56,181 nt of DNA. Source: a virus. Lineage: Duplodnaviria; Caudoviricetes. The position numbers and the translations under genes were made by a program. Below, piece by piece: positions 41,413-50,152 of this stretch; position 1 is the first letter of the stretch; each line of letters starts with the position of its first letter. The notes beneath the pieces are model-generated. The model worked only from the letters and a program-made list of their open reading frames with translations. It did no database searches and was not told the origin of the DNA. Location: IMG/VR virus record IMGVR_UViG_3300010412_000017, positions 1-56,181 of that record. One strand, 5' to 3'.

Positions 41413-41528
41413 AAAGGAGGATAAGGGTGGGGGGCCCGTGCGTCCTGCCGAAGCCACCAACGGCGCTCCGCCTGGACCCCCCTGCATCAAACCGGCGCGG
41501 AGGAGCACGCCGGCCCGCTGCTCGGTGC

Positions 41529-41987
41529 CTACCGGGCGAGTTGCCGCTCCAGGTAGAAGGCCCGCACGTCGAAGCTCGGGCAGGCCTTTAGGCGTTGGTG
41601 CTCGCTGTCGAGGTCCCGGTGGCCGCAGACGGCCGCCATGGGCGCCAGCTCCTGCCAGGCGCGCAGGGTCTTAAACAGGGTGTCGTATTGCTCGGGGGTG
41701 TAGTTGGCCTCGGCCTTGGCGTGATCGGCCTCAGAAACGCCCCCTACGAGGCACAGGCCCCAGCTCATGCTGTTCCAGCCCTTGGCGTGGGCGCCGATGC
41801 GGTGATAGGGCCGGCCTGCCTCAAACAGGCCGTCGCGGCGGATGATGCCGTGGTAGCCGATGTCGCTCCAATGGTTGCCGTCCACATGCCAGCGCCGGAT
41901 CTCCTCGGCGCCAATGTCCAGGCTGGGCGGGGTGGCGCTGCAGTGCACCACCAGCAGCCGTAGGTTGTTGGGTTCCAGGTCGACCAT
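41529..41987 (-). CDS. Endolysin, N-acetylmuramoyl-L-alanine amidase (T7 lysozyme-like)
   Basis: VVHCSAT, DIGYH, GAHAKG.N, GHRDL, KACPSFDV zinc-amidase motifs. Confidence 0.93.
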   Translation of the reverse strand: MVDLEPNNLRLLVVHCSATPPSLDIGAEEIRRWHVDGNHWSDIGYHGIIRRDGLFEAGRPYHRIGAHAKGWNSMSWGLCLVGGVSEADHAKAEANYTPEQYDTLFKTLRAWQELAPMAAVCGHRDLDSEHQRLKACPSFDVRAFYLERQLAR

Positions 41988-41988
41988 G

Positions 41989-42312
41989 CTATGGCCCTCC
42001 GAATTTTGCGTAGGCGAAGAAGGCCCCGACCAGCGCTGCCGCGCCCAGGCCGAGGACGTGATAAATGGTCCGCTCCACCATGCCGATGTAGACCCCGTCG
42101 CGGGCGCTGCCCTTCTCCAGGGCCGTGCACCGCTCGCGGACGTGGTGCAGCTCCTCCTCCAGGCGGCTGGTCTTGTCCAGAGTCTGGCCGATGCGCTCCT
42201 CGAGGCGGGCGATCTGCGTCACCGCCTCGACCAGGCGGTCCATCTTTAGCTCGATGCGCTCCAGCCGGTGGTGCACGTACTCGTTCAGATCGTTCGGTTC
42301 CGGTGGGCTCAT
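41989..42312 (-). CDS. Coiled-coil plus C-terminal TM protein, holin/XhlA-like
   Basis: RLERIELKMDRL...ARLEER...LEK followed by a TM helix; directly before the endolysin. Confidence 0.6.
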   Translation of the reverse strand: MSPPEPNDLNEYVHHRLERIELKMDRLVEAVTQIARLEERIGQTLDKTSRLEEELHHVRERCTALEKGSARDGVYIGMVERTIYHVLGLGAAALVGAFFAYAKFGGP

Positions 42313-43226
42313 GAGGCGTAGTCCTGGGTGATGGTGCATATGACCGTTTGCGGCCTGGGCGGGGCGATGTGGTAGAGCACGTTCACGACCGCCGCTGTCA
42401 GGCGCACCGGGCCGGCATCGCTGGCCCCCAGCACGTTCACGTTCGCGGCGGTCAACCGCACCGGCCCCGTGGCGTCCGTGAGCAGCACGTTCGCGTTGAC
42501 GGCGGTGGCCCGGATGTTCTCGGTGCCGGCGGCCCCGACGGCCGTGTCGCCGTTGGTGGCAACAGCGATGCTGTCCAGGTAGCTGTCCCAGGTGTCGTTG
42601 TACTTCGCCTGGCCCAGCCAGCCGGCGGCGACGATGCGGCTGGCGTCGGTGTCGGATGCTTCCAGCGTCCACTGCTCTGGCTCGGCGGCGAATTGCCGCC
42701 AGAACTTGGCCTGCACCGTGACCGTGGCGCCGGTGCCGTTGACGCGGAACCGGCAGTTAAACCACTCGTCGTATGGGCTGAAGTTGAAGTTATCCGCGCT
42801 GCCGTTGAGCAGCTGGCTCTGCCAGATGTCGGCGTTGACCGATACCAGGGCGGTGAAGGTACCGGCGTTCAGGCGCCCGATCTTGATGGTGCCGTCGCTG
42901 CTCATGCCGCAGGCGTAGCCGTTCTCGCTGCCGCTCGATCCGCTGCCGCGGCCGATCAACCAGAACAGGTTGTCGTCGTCGCCCTCGACGCGGTAGCGGG
43001 CCAGGATCTCGAAATTGGCACGGTTGCTGTCGCCGTCGACCGCGTCCAGGCTGAAGAACCGCCAGCTAGTGCCGGCGCCGGTGGTCCATTGCAGGACCCG
43101 GCTGTCCTGCTCGCCCAGGGCCGGGTTCTCGACCGTGCAGCCGCTGTCGGCCGCCCAGCGGCTGGTCATCGTCGACGAGGCGCTGCCCGTTGTCTGGCCG
43201 CTGAATGTCTCGGTATAGTTCGCCAC
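42309..43226 (-). CDS. Tail protein with lectin-like beta-sandwich
   Basis: WFNCRFRVNG...AKFW...EP..W pattern; three C-terminal 18-aa repeats. Confidence 0.65.
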   Translation of the reverse strand: MANYTETFSGQTTGSASSTMTSRWAADSGCTVENPALGEQDSRVLQWTTGAGTSWRFFSLDAVDGDSNRANFEILARYRVEGDDDNLFWLIGRGSGSSGSENGYACGMSSDGTIKIGRLNAGTFTALVSVNADIWQSQLLNGSADNFNFSPYDEWFNCRFRVNGTGATVTVQAKFWRQFAAEPEQWTLEASDTDASRIVAAGWLGQAKYNDTWDSYLDSIAVATNGDTAVGAAGTENIRATAVNANVLLTDATGPVRLTAANVNVLGASDAGPVRLTAAVVNVLYHIAPPRPQTVICTITQDYAS

Positions 43227-43229
43227 CGC

Positions 43230-44252
43230 TTAGGCCCCGATCTCCAGCCCGAATTCCGCAGCGTTCACAGCGCTCTGGGTCCAGTTGCCGCCGCCGTTCG
43301 GGTCGTTCTCGTAGTGGTGCGTGACCCACAGGTAGTCATCGACCGCCATGCCCTTCTGGGCGCTGTCGCTCTCGGTGGCGCTGCTCCGGGCGATCAGGTT
43401 CACGGTTCGGGAGCCGGCGCCCTCTTTGCGCACCGCGGCCTGGACCTGCACGGCGTAGACGGCATCCAGGCTGCCGGTGATGGCGCTGAAACCGTACAGC
43501 TCCTTGTCGGTCGCCGTGGCGCTGTAGTTGTAGGTGGTGTCATCGTCCTTGGGGTTGCCGTCGTCGACGTTGAGGTAGTTGCTCACGGCCGGGCTGGCGG
43601 TGAAGTTGTTGGTGGTGCCGTTGGCGTTCGGGGTCAGCATCTCGATGTGGCAGTCGCCGGGGTAGGCGGTGAGGTCGCTGCCGCTGTCGTCGCCAATAAA
43701 CAGGTCATCCCAGTACGTGGTATGGCCGCTTGTGGTGCGGATCAGAAATTGCCGGATGCTGGCGGCTGTCCCGTCCAGGGTGTCCAGGGCGCTACCGTTC
43801 GCCACCTGCACGCCGTCGATCCACATTTTCACGGTGCCGGCGCTGGCGTGCATGTAAACCTCCAGGCCGATGGCGTGCCACTCGCCGGTGGAGATGCCCG
43901 CGCTGCTCGTCGCCACGACCGTGATGCCGCCGACCTCGTAGGAAAAGGTGCGATCCGCGTTAATGACCAGCCGCCCTTCCAGGTTGCCGTCGGTGTCGTA
44001 GAGGTCGAGCACGTCGCGGGATGCGGTCGGCGATGTGAGTATCTTCATCGCAAAACCGACGAAAATGGTAGCGCTGCTGTCGGCGCTCAGCAGGGCGCTC
44101 GCTTCGTAGGCGCCGGTGGAGTAGACGGCCTTGCCGTTGATACGGCCGGTGGTCGGGGTGAAGTTGACAGAACTGACGCCCCAGCGCTCGTCGTGCTCCC
44201 AGGAGCTTTTGTCCTCGTAGGCGTCGAAGCCATCCATAAAAAGCAGGGCCAT
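43230..44252 (-). CDS. Tail protein with ConA/LamG-like domain
   Basis: MALLFMDGFD, WHAIGLEV...G.VKMWIDG, YWDDLFI, DPNGGGNWT..VNAAEFG. Confidence 0.7.
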   Translation of the reverse strand: MALLFMDGFDAYEDKSSWEHDERWGVSSVNFTPTTGRINGKAVYSTGAYEASALLSADSSATIFVGFAMKILTSPTASRDVLDLYDTDGNLEGRLVINADRTFSYEVGGITVVATSSAGISTGEWHAIGLEVYMHASAGTVKMWIDGVQVANGSALDTLDGTAASIRQFLIRTTSGHTTYWDDLFIGDDSGSDLTAYPGDCHIEMLTPNANGTTNNFTASPAVSNYLNVDDGNPKDDDTTYNYSATATDKELYGFSAITGSLDAVYAVQVQAAVRKEGAGSRTVNLIARSSATESDSAQKGMAVDDYLWVTHHYENDPNGGGNWTQSAVNAAEFGLEIGA

Positions 44253-44267
44253 GGTGTTTTCCTCCTG

Positions 44268-45596
44268 TTAGGTTGTCCGGGTGCCCTTGAGCATGAAGCC
44301 GATGTCCTCCAGCGTGGTGTCCGCGCTGGCCGGCGCGACGACCGTCAGCACATCGTCCTCGACGAAGGTCTCATCGCCGGTCTGGGCGAATGCGCCCGTG
44401 GCGCTGGTGTTGAATGTCACGGTGGCAAACTCGGTGCCGTTGCGCTTGACCGAGAAGGCCACGTTTCCGGTCGATGCCACGCGGGCCTCGGCGTTGCTGC
44501 CGGTTGCGCCGTCCGGGATGGTGAAGCCGCGGGTCACTTTCAACCGCAGGACCTCCTGGCCGTCGTTCGGCAGCCCGGAAAAATAGAAGCCGATGTCGTA
44601 GGGCGGGTTGCCGCCGGCGGTGGTCTCCATCACCTCCATCTGGAACCAGGAACCCGCTTTCACGTCCACGCTGCTGTCGGTCTCGACGTACAGCTCCAGC
44701 TCGAAGTAGTCGGCGGCGCTGACCGGGATCACCGGGGTCTGCACCTGGATGGTCGGGTTTGTAAAGCGCCCGTCGCCCTGGTCCATGCGCCAGGCCTCCA
44801 CGGCCACGCCGTTCTTGCGCAGGCGCAGCATGGCGCCATAGCTCGTGCTCATGTTCTCCAGCGCCACCGCGCCGCTGAACCGCACCAGGCTGAAGCCCGA
44901 GGGGATAGTGATGCGGGTGGCCTGGGCGCCCAGGTCGACGAAGGCGTCCGTGTCGCGGTCCTCGCTGTCCCAGGGGATGGTGTAACCGCTGGATGCATTG
45001 GTCGCCAGATCGTCGCTGGTAAGGCTCACCAGAGCGCCCTTGTGCGGTACCGCCCAGAAGACGCCCGTCGCCGCACTCTCGGTGACGAACTCCAGGCCCA
45101 GCTCGTCGCCGCGCACCTTGACCACCTTGCCGCCGTCGCCCGTGTAGCTCGCCGGCACGTCGCCCAGCTCGTTGAAGTCGATACCGGCGCCGGTACTGTC
45201 GTCGGCAATGGCCACGGCGTCGTAGCTTGTGCTGTCGATGTAGAACAGCCGCACGCTGCCAGCGGCAACCGAGAAGGCCGCCCCGCTGGCCGTCTTGAAG
45301 CGCAGGGTCTGGGCGGTCGCGTTCCATGCCACGTAGAGATGCGGCGCTTCCGGCAGAATGATATCCCGCGTTGTCGTCAGCACCACGCCGGTGTCGGTGA
45401 TGTGCAAGACGAGGTTTTCGTGTTCCTTGTTCGGCTCCGCGGTGTCGAGCGTGTAGTTGGCATCGCTCGTCATGTTGTGGAGCAGCTCGCCGGCGATGGC
45501 CTCGTCGAGCGTGTCGAAGGCCTCGTTAGCCGTGACCTCCTTCTGGCTCTGGTTGCTCTCGATGTGCGTGATGGCAAGGTTGGGCGTGGTCGCCAT
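44268..45596 (-). CDS. Tail fibre / receptor-binding protein (DUF2793-type N-terminus)
   Basis: TTPNLAI..I...QSQKEVTANEAF..LD; DVPASYTG.GGK.VKV fibre motif. Confidence 0.75.
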   Translation of the reverse strand: MATTPNLAITHIESNQSQKEVTANEAFDTLDEAIAGELLHNMTSDANYTLDTAEPNKEHENLVLHITDTGVVLTTTRDIILPEAPHLYVAWNATAQTLRFKTASGAAFSVAAGSVRLFYIDSTSYDAVAIADDSTGAGIDFNELGDVPASYTGDGGKVVKVRGDELGLEFVTESAATGVFWAVPHKGALVSLTSDDLATNASSGYTIPWDSEDRDTDAFVDLGAQATRITIPSGFSLVRFSGAVALENMSTSYGAMLRLRKNGVAVEAWRMDQGDGRFTNPTIQVQTPVIPVSAADYFELELYVETDSSVDVKAGSWFQMEVMETTAGGNPPYDIGFYFSGLPNDGQEVLRLKVTRGFTIPDGATGSNAEARVASTGNVAFSVKRNGTEFATVTFNTSATGAFAQTGDETFVEDDVLTVVAPASADTTLEDIGFMLKGTRTT

Positions 45597-45605
45597 GGTG
45601 TTCTC

Positions 45606-48600
45606 CTATACGGTGTTGGGCGCCGGGTGCCCGTCGTAGGCCTGGCTGAAAAAGTCCCATTGTGTGGGGCCGGCCCAGTAGTGGTAGTGGCCGCGCAGGC
45701 CGCTGAAGCCCGCATCCGGGAAAGTGGTATCGGTGATCTCGATGTCCCATCCGGCTGGCTCGCCGGTGCCGTCCTTCCAGAACTTGGCCTTGATCTCATT
45801 GCCGACGCACTGCAGCCGCGTCCACCACCACTCGTTGCTGGCCTGCTTCTTGGTTGGCACGTTGAGCACCCAGCTGTAGGCGTTGCCGCTACCGCTCGGG
45901 GCGCACAGCACCGCCGTCCCGGTGTCGTTCCAGAAGCCGGCCAGGTAGCCGTTGTAGAGCGTAGCGTCGCTTCTTACCTGCACGCCGTAGATCGCGTCGC
46001 CGCTAAATGTGGTCTCCAGCCACTGGCGGCTCTTGACCAGCACCTCCACGTCGCGGTGCACCTTGGTTCGCTTCCAGTTCAGCATCGACCAGCCGTGGCC
46101 AGCGTGGTTGTGGTTCACGTAGAGGTCGCCGCCGCCGGCGTCGAGGATCTCCCAGGTCTGGTATGCCGGCTGGATGATCTGCCAGTTGGCCGGTACCTCG
46201 TTCACCAGGTACTCGTCGAAGTTGGTAGCAACCGGCTCGATGATCGTTTCCAGACAAGCGCCCCAGCCGCGGCCGACCCGGCTGCTGATCTGGTAGACGC
46301 AGAAGTTGAAGTCGCCGGCCAGATCGCCGCCGGTGTCGGTGCTCTGCATGGCGGCGGTGTAGACGAAGCTGGAGGCGCCGATCACGCGCTCGGTGCGCAG
46401 CAGGTCCGCGCCCTGGTACAGCTCGACATCGTATTCCTCGGTGGGCTCGTCGAGCGGCACGTCCACCAGATCCAGCCACTGGGCGTTCAAACGGGCCCGG
46501 CGGATCCAGCTCAGCTCCAGGTCGTTGTTGACGGCATTGCGGCTGGCCTCCAGGCCGACCGGGCTCAGGGGTTTGATGAAGCTGCCCTGACTGGTCCAGT
46601 TCTCCTTGCGGGCCCGCTCCAGGGTGCTCTCCAGCGTGACCGCGGCGTATTGGAAGGTGGTCAGGTAGTTGGCCGCGCTGTCCTGCACCCGGTAAAGCCG
46701 GCCGGCATCGAGCATGATCGCCACCTCGCCGGTGACGTGATCGTCCATGCCGAAGTCGGTACCGCGCCGCCCACGCAGCAGGCCGCTCAGGGTGTAGGTG
46801 CCGTCGCCCTCCAGGGTGGCGACCTGGAACTGCAGCAGCTCGCCGCTGACCGGGAAAAATAGCGCGTTGAGGCCGTTGAGCACGTCCAGCTCGGTCTCGG
46901 TCGCCAGGGTGTCGCTGTTCCAGACCCGCACGTTGATCGTGTTGACCCAGTCCCAGGTCGTGGCGTTCTCGCCTTCCGGGAGGATCGCGCCGGCTGCCTC
47001 GTTGACCACCAGGGCCCGGCTCAGGCCCGTTGCCAGCTCGGTCCAGGTGTCGCCGTCCAGGGGCCGCCGGTACAGCGTGGCGCCCTTCCAGGTGTCGGGG
47101 ATGCTGTAGGGGGCGAAGGCGGCGTAGAAGCCGCCATCGTCCTCGCTGTCGCGCAGGGGTGGGGCCCAGACCATGAAGAAGGCGCTGATCGGTGCCTGGT
47201 TCAGCGTGGCGCTGTAGAAGCCTATCGGGGCGGCGCCCACCGCCTGGCTGTCGTAGGCCTGGGCGTCGTAGGTCGAAACCTCGGCCTTGATCAGGCCCGG
47301 CAGGCCGCCCATGGCGGTCTTGAGCAGGCGGAACTGGTAGCTCACGCCGTTGTTCTGCACGGTCACGATGTCGCCGGGGTTGTACTGCAGGTACTTCGGC
47401 CCCAGGACGATGGTGCCGGTGTGGCGCTCGGCCCGGATGCTCTGCATCCACTTCTCGGCGATCTGGGCGGCCTCGTCGTCGGTGAACACCAGCGGAAACT
47501 CCAGCTTGAGGAGGTCCTCGGTGGGGCTCGTCGGCTGCCGGCTGTACTGGCTGGTCGGCTCGTATTCCAGCTCGCGGCTTACGCAGGTCACCTGCACCGT
47601 CTGGGGCAGCTGGTACAGCTCCTTGCGCTTGAGCAGCACCGCGTCCGGCAGCTGCTGGCCTGGCTCATGGGCCGCCAGCTCGTCCTCGGTGATGGTGGTC
47701 AGGCTGGCGTTGTCCTTGAGCTGAAACACCAGCTTTTGGTCGGTCTCGACCGCCTCGAAAAAGTAGGCCCCCATCAGGCTCTCGATCTGGGCGCGGGCCT
47801 TGACCGGCCGGCTCAGGGTGAAGCCGTTAACGGTCTTGGTCGCCAGGTCGGTTACGTCGATCTCCTCGGCGGCCAGGCCGTGGCGGGTGCAAATGTCGGC
47901 GACCACGATGTCCAGGGTCTGGCCCGTAGCCGGCCAGCGGTCCCATTGCAGCTTCCAGGCGCCGTTGCTGTTCACGCCCTGGATCAGGCCGCGACTCTGC
48001 CAGTCGCCCTGGGGGGTGTTGTAGGCGAGCAGGTTTGGGATGCTGCCGCTCCAGTCGATCACGTCCACGGTCGCCAGGTCGAGCGCGTTCAGCAGAAACA
48101 GCCGGTCGCCGTTGCTCTCGTAGTAGACGATACCGTCGCCCAGCGGCGTGTTGCCGATGTTCAGGGTCTCGTTGTTCTGGGTGGTCACGATGTCGGTGCG
48201 GCTCGCGGCGATGCGCAGCGTGCTCAGGTCGTGGCGGGTGGTGCACTCCAGGCGGTAGATGCCCTCGGGCAGGTAGGTGCCGCTGCCGTCGGTGAATTGG
48301 TGGATGATGATGCTCTGGGTGCTCGGGTCGTAGGCCAGCATAAAGCGGACGTCGTAGAAGTTGTCCGCCGCGGCGCCGCCGGTGCCGATGTACTCGCCGT
48401 TGCTGTCGAAGCACTGCTTGAGGTCCACCTTCTGGTAGCTGGTGATGTACTTCACCGCGCTGATGCCGGCCACGTAGTCGGGGTTCAGGTCCAGTTTTAC
48501 GAGGTAAAGCGTGGGCTTGGATACGTCGTCGACCAGCATCCAAACGTAGCCGGTGTCGGGCTCCACCTGGCTGCCGTAATACTCGCAGCTCGTCGGGCCG

Positions 48601-49679
48601 TCGGAGGTTGAAAATACCGGGATCAGCGAGCCGTCGTCGCCGTACTCGAAAATGAAGAAGCCGCTACCCAGGAAGCCGCCGGAGGTCATGAACTCCTTGT
48701 GGGCCATGGTGGTGCTGTCTTGCGGAACAAAGGCGGCGCTCGCGTAGTCGCCGCTGATCCACAGCTGCTCGCCGGTGATCGCGTCGTAGGAAATGTACCG
48801 GATGTCGTTGTTGTCCACCCAGCCTATCGCGTAAATGATGCCGTTGTGAAAGCCGCAGGTCTCGACGCTGCCAACGCCCAGGCTGGGAAGCGGCCAGCTG
48901 GCGATCAGCGTGTTGGTGGCGATGTCGTAGATGCCGATGTCGTCGCCGACCAGGTCGGTCACCGAGGTCCAGTAGCTGGCCCGGTCGGTGTGCAGGCTGT
49001 TGAAGCCGACGGCGGCGAATGACTGAGCCGGGTTGGTGCCGGTGGCCTCGATCACTACCTCGGCGCGCACGCTCGGGCGGCGGTTGCCCCAGGGCGTGAG
49101 GTCCAGGTCCTTGGTGACGATGTAGCAGGTCCCGCGGTAGGCCGGCGTGTTGTCCAGGCCCTCGATCTCGGCGATGGTGCTGTCCTGGCCCTGCTCCTCG
49201 ATGCCGCGGTAGACGCGCAGGTTCACGCCCTCCTTGACGCTGATGCCGGTGTTGGTCTCGCGGCTGTCCCAGACCAGCTCGGTGTCAAACCAGATGCGCC
49301 GCACCGCGCTCACTGGGCCCTCGCACAGCGCCCACGCGCAGCTCACCGTGTAGCTGTAGGTGCGCACCTTCTGGCTGCTCCCGCCGCCGCCCTTGCCGCC
49401 GACCGTGTCGGTCTGGCGGTGCTCGGTTAGCGGGGCGCTCCAGATCAGGTTGCCGGCTACGCCGATGGTGCCGTAGCCCCGCGTTCGGGTGAGCCCGTAG
49501 CTCGATGTCGAGGCCGTCAGGTCGGTGACGCGTGGGCCCTCCACGTCCGGCAGCTGGGTGGGGAAGAGCTGGCTTCCCAGGTAGCTGCCGACCGCCCAGC
49601 CGATGCTCAGGCCGATGGCCGTGCCGGTCAGGCCGAAGCCGACCGCGCCGCCCAGGGCCGCTACTGCCAGGACCGCCAT
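45606..49679 (-). CDS. Central tail tip / host-specificity protein (GTA megatron-like)
   Basis: EGPR..DL...SSYG...YGT..AGNLIW, PAYRG, ELLQF..A...YTLSGLLRGRRGT, SWIRRAR..W..DVPL.E..E.Y. Confidence 0.85.
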   Translation of the reverse strand: MAVLAVAALGGAVGFGLTGTAIGLSIGWAVGSYLGSQLFPTQLPDVEGPRVTDLTASTSSYGLTRTRGYGTIGVAGNLIWSAPLTEHRQTDTVGGKGGGGSSQKVRTYSYTVSCAWALCEGPVSAVRRIWFDTELVWDSRETNTGISVKEGVNLRVYRGIEEQGQDSTIAEIEGLDNTPAYRGTCYIVTKDLDLTPWGNRRPSVRAEVVIEATGTNPAQSFAAVGFNSLHTDRASYWTSVTDLVGDDIGIYDIATNTLIASWPLPSLGVGSVETCGFHNGIIYAIGWVDNNDIRYISYDAITGEQLWISGDYASAAFVPQDSTTMAHKEFMTSGGFLGSGFFIFEYGDDGSLIPVFSTSDGPTSCEYYGSQVEPDTGYVWMLVDDVSKPTLYLVKLDLNPDYVAGISAVKYITSYQKVDLKQCFDSNGEYIGTGGAAADNFYDVRFMLAYDPSTQSIIIHQFTDGSGTYLPEGIYRLECTTRHDLSTLRIAASRTDIVTTQNNETLNIGNTPLGDGIVYYESNGDRLFLLNALDLATVDVIDWSGSIPNLLAYNTPQGDWQSRGLIQGVNSNGAWKLQWDRWPATGQTLDIVVADICTRHGLAAEEIDVTDLATKTVNGFTLSRPVKARAQIESLMGAYFFEAVETDQKLVFQLKDNASLTTITEDELAAHEPGQQLPDAVLLKRKELYQLPQTVQVTCVSRELEYEPTSQYSRQPTSPTEDLLKLEFPLVFTDDEAAQIAEKWMQSIRAERHTGTIVLGPKYLQYNPGDIVTVQNNGVSYQFRLLKTAMGGLPGLIKAEVSTYDAQAYDSQAVGAAPIGFYSATLNQAPISAFFMVWAPPLRDSEDDGGFYAAFAPYSIPDTWKGATLYRRPLDGDTWTELATGLSRALVVNEAAGAILPEGENATTWDWVNTINVRVWNSDTLATETELDVLNGLNALFFPVSGELLQFQVATLEGDGTYTLSGLLRGRRGTDFGMDDHVTGEVAIMLDAGRLYRVQDSAANYLTTFQYAAVTLESTLERARKENWTSQGSFIKPLSPVGLEASRNAVNNDLELSWIRRARLNAQWLDLVDVPLDEPTEEYDVELYQGADLLRTERVIGASSFVYTAAMQSTDTGGDLAGDFNFCVYQISSRVGRGWGACLETIIEPVATNFDEYLVNEVPANWQIIQPAYQTWEILDAGGGDLYVNHNHAGHGWSMLNWKRTKVHRDVEVLVKSRQWLETTFSGDAIYGVQVRSDATLYNGYLAGFWNDTGTAVLCAPSGSGNAYSWVLNVPTKKQASNEWWWTRLQCVGNEIKAKFWKDGTGEPAGWDIEITDTTFPDAGFSGLRGHYHYWAGPTQWDFFSQAYDGHPAPNTV

Positions 49680-50152
49680 TAAGCGCGCCTCCTTTCCACC
49701 GGCCAGCCGTCCTGCCATTCGGTCTCAAGAATGCGGAAGGCGGTAGCGGTGTCGTTGTACCAGGTGTCGATCCAGGGCTGCTCCAGGCAGCCGCGGGCCT
49801 CACTGTGCGCATGGATGATGGTGTTGCGCTCGGTCAGGATCGCGGTGTGTCTGGGCATGCCGGCCATGCAGATCAGCAGCACGTCGCCGGGCTGGGCCTT
49901 GGTCTTGGGGTACTCCGGGGTGTAGGTGCTGAAAATGTCATGCAGGGTGTGGCCGTCCGGCACCCGCTTGTAGCTGCGGTGGCGCCGGTTGAAGTCGGCC
50001 CAGAACAGCGTGCTGCCCATCCCGCAGGCGTGCATCACGCCAAAGACCAGGCCGATACAGTCCACGGCCACCGTGCGCTGCCGGCCTTGGTGCTTGTAGG
50101 CGGTGCCGATCCAGTTGCGGGCCTCGGCGATGATCTGTTCTGCGGTCGCCAT
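49679..50152 (-). CDS. NlpC/P60-family tail tip peptidase
   Basis: IIAEARNWIGTAYKHQGR...VDCIGL...PGDVL...H..I...IIHA. Confidence 0.88.
   Translation of the reverse strand: MATAEQIIAEARNWIGTAYKHQGRQRTVAVDCIGLVFGVMHACGMGSTLFWADFNRRHRSYKRVPDGHTLHDIFSTYTPEYPKTKAQPGDVLLICMAGMPRHTAILTERNTIIHAHSEARGCLEQPWIDTWYNDTATAFRILETEWQDGWPVERRRA

Noticed and set aside
41488-41518. HDV-like ribozyme (GGCCGGC...CUCCUC...GCCGGUU)
   Set aside because: Superficially like P1/L3, but there is no room for the P2 5' strand and no P1.1 GG; it folds as a simple hairpin
42348-46862. 1504-aa plus-strand ORF and other long plus-strand ORFs (e.g. 8272..9720, 12635..14134, 52354..54114)
   Set aside because: Antisense shadows of well-supported minus-strand genes in high-GC DNA; no recognisable motifs
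42309-49679. Diversity-generating retroelement targeting tail lectin domains
   Set aside because: No reverse transcriptase gene and no near-identical TR/VR nucleotide pair seen
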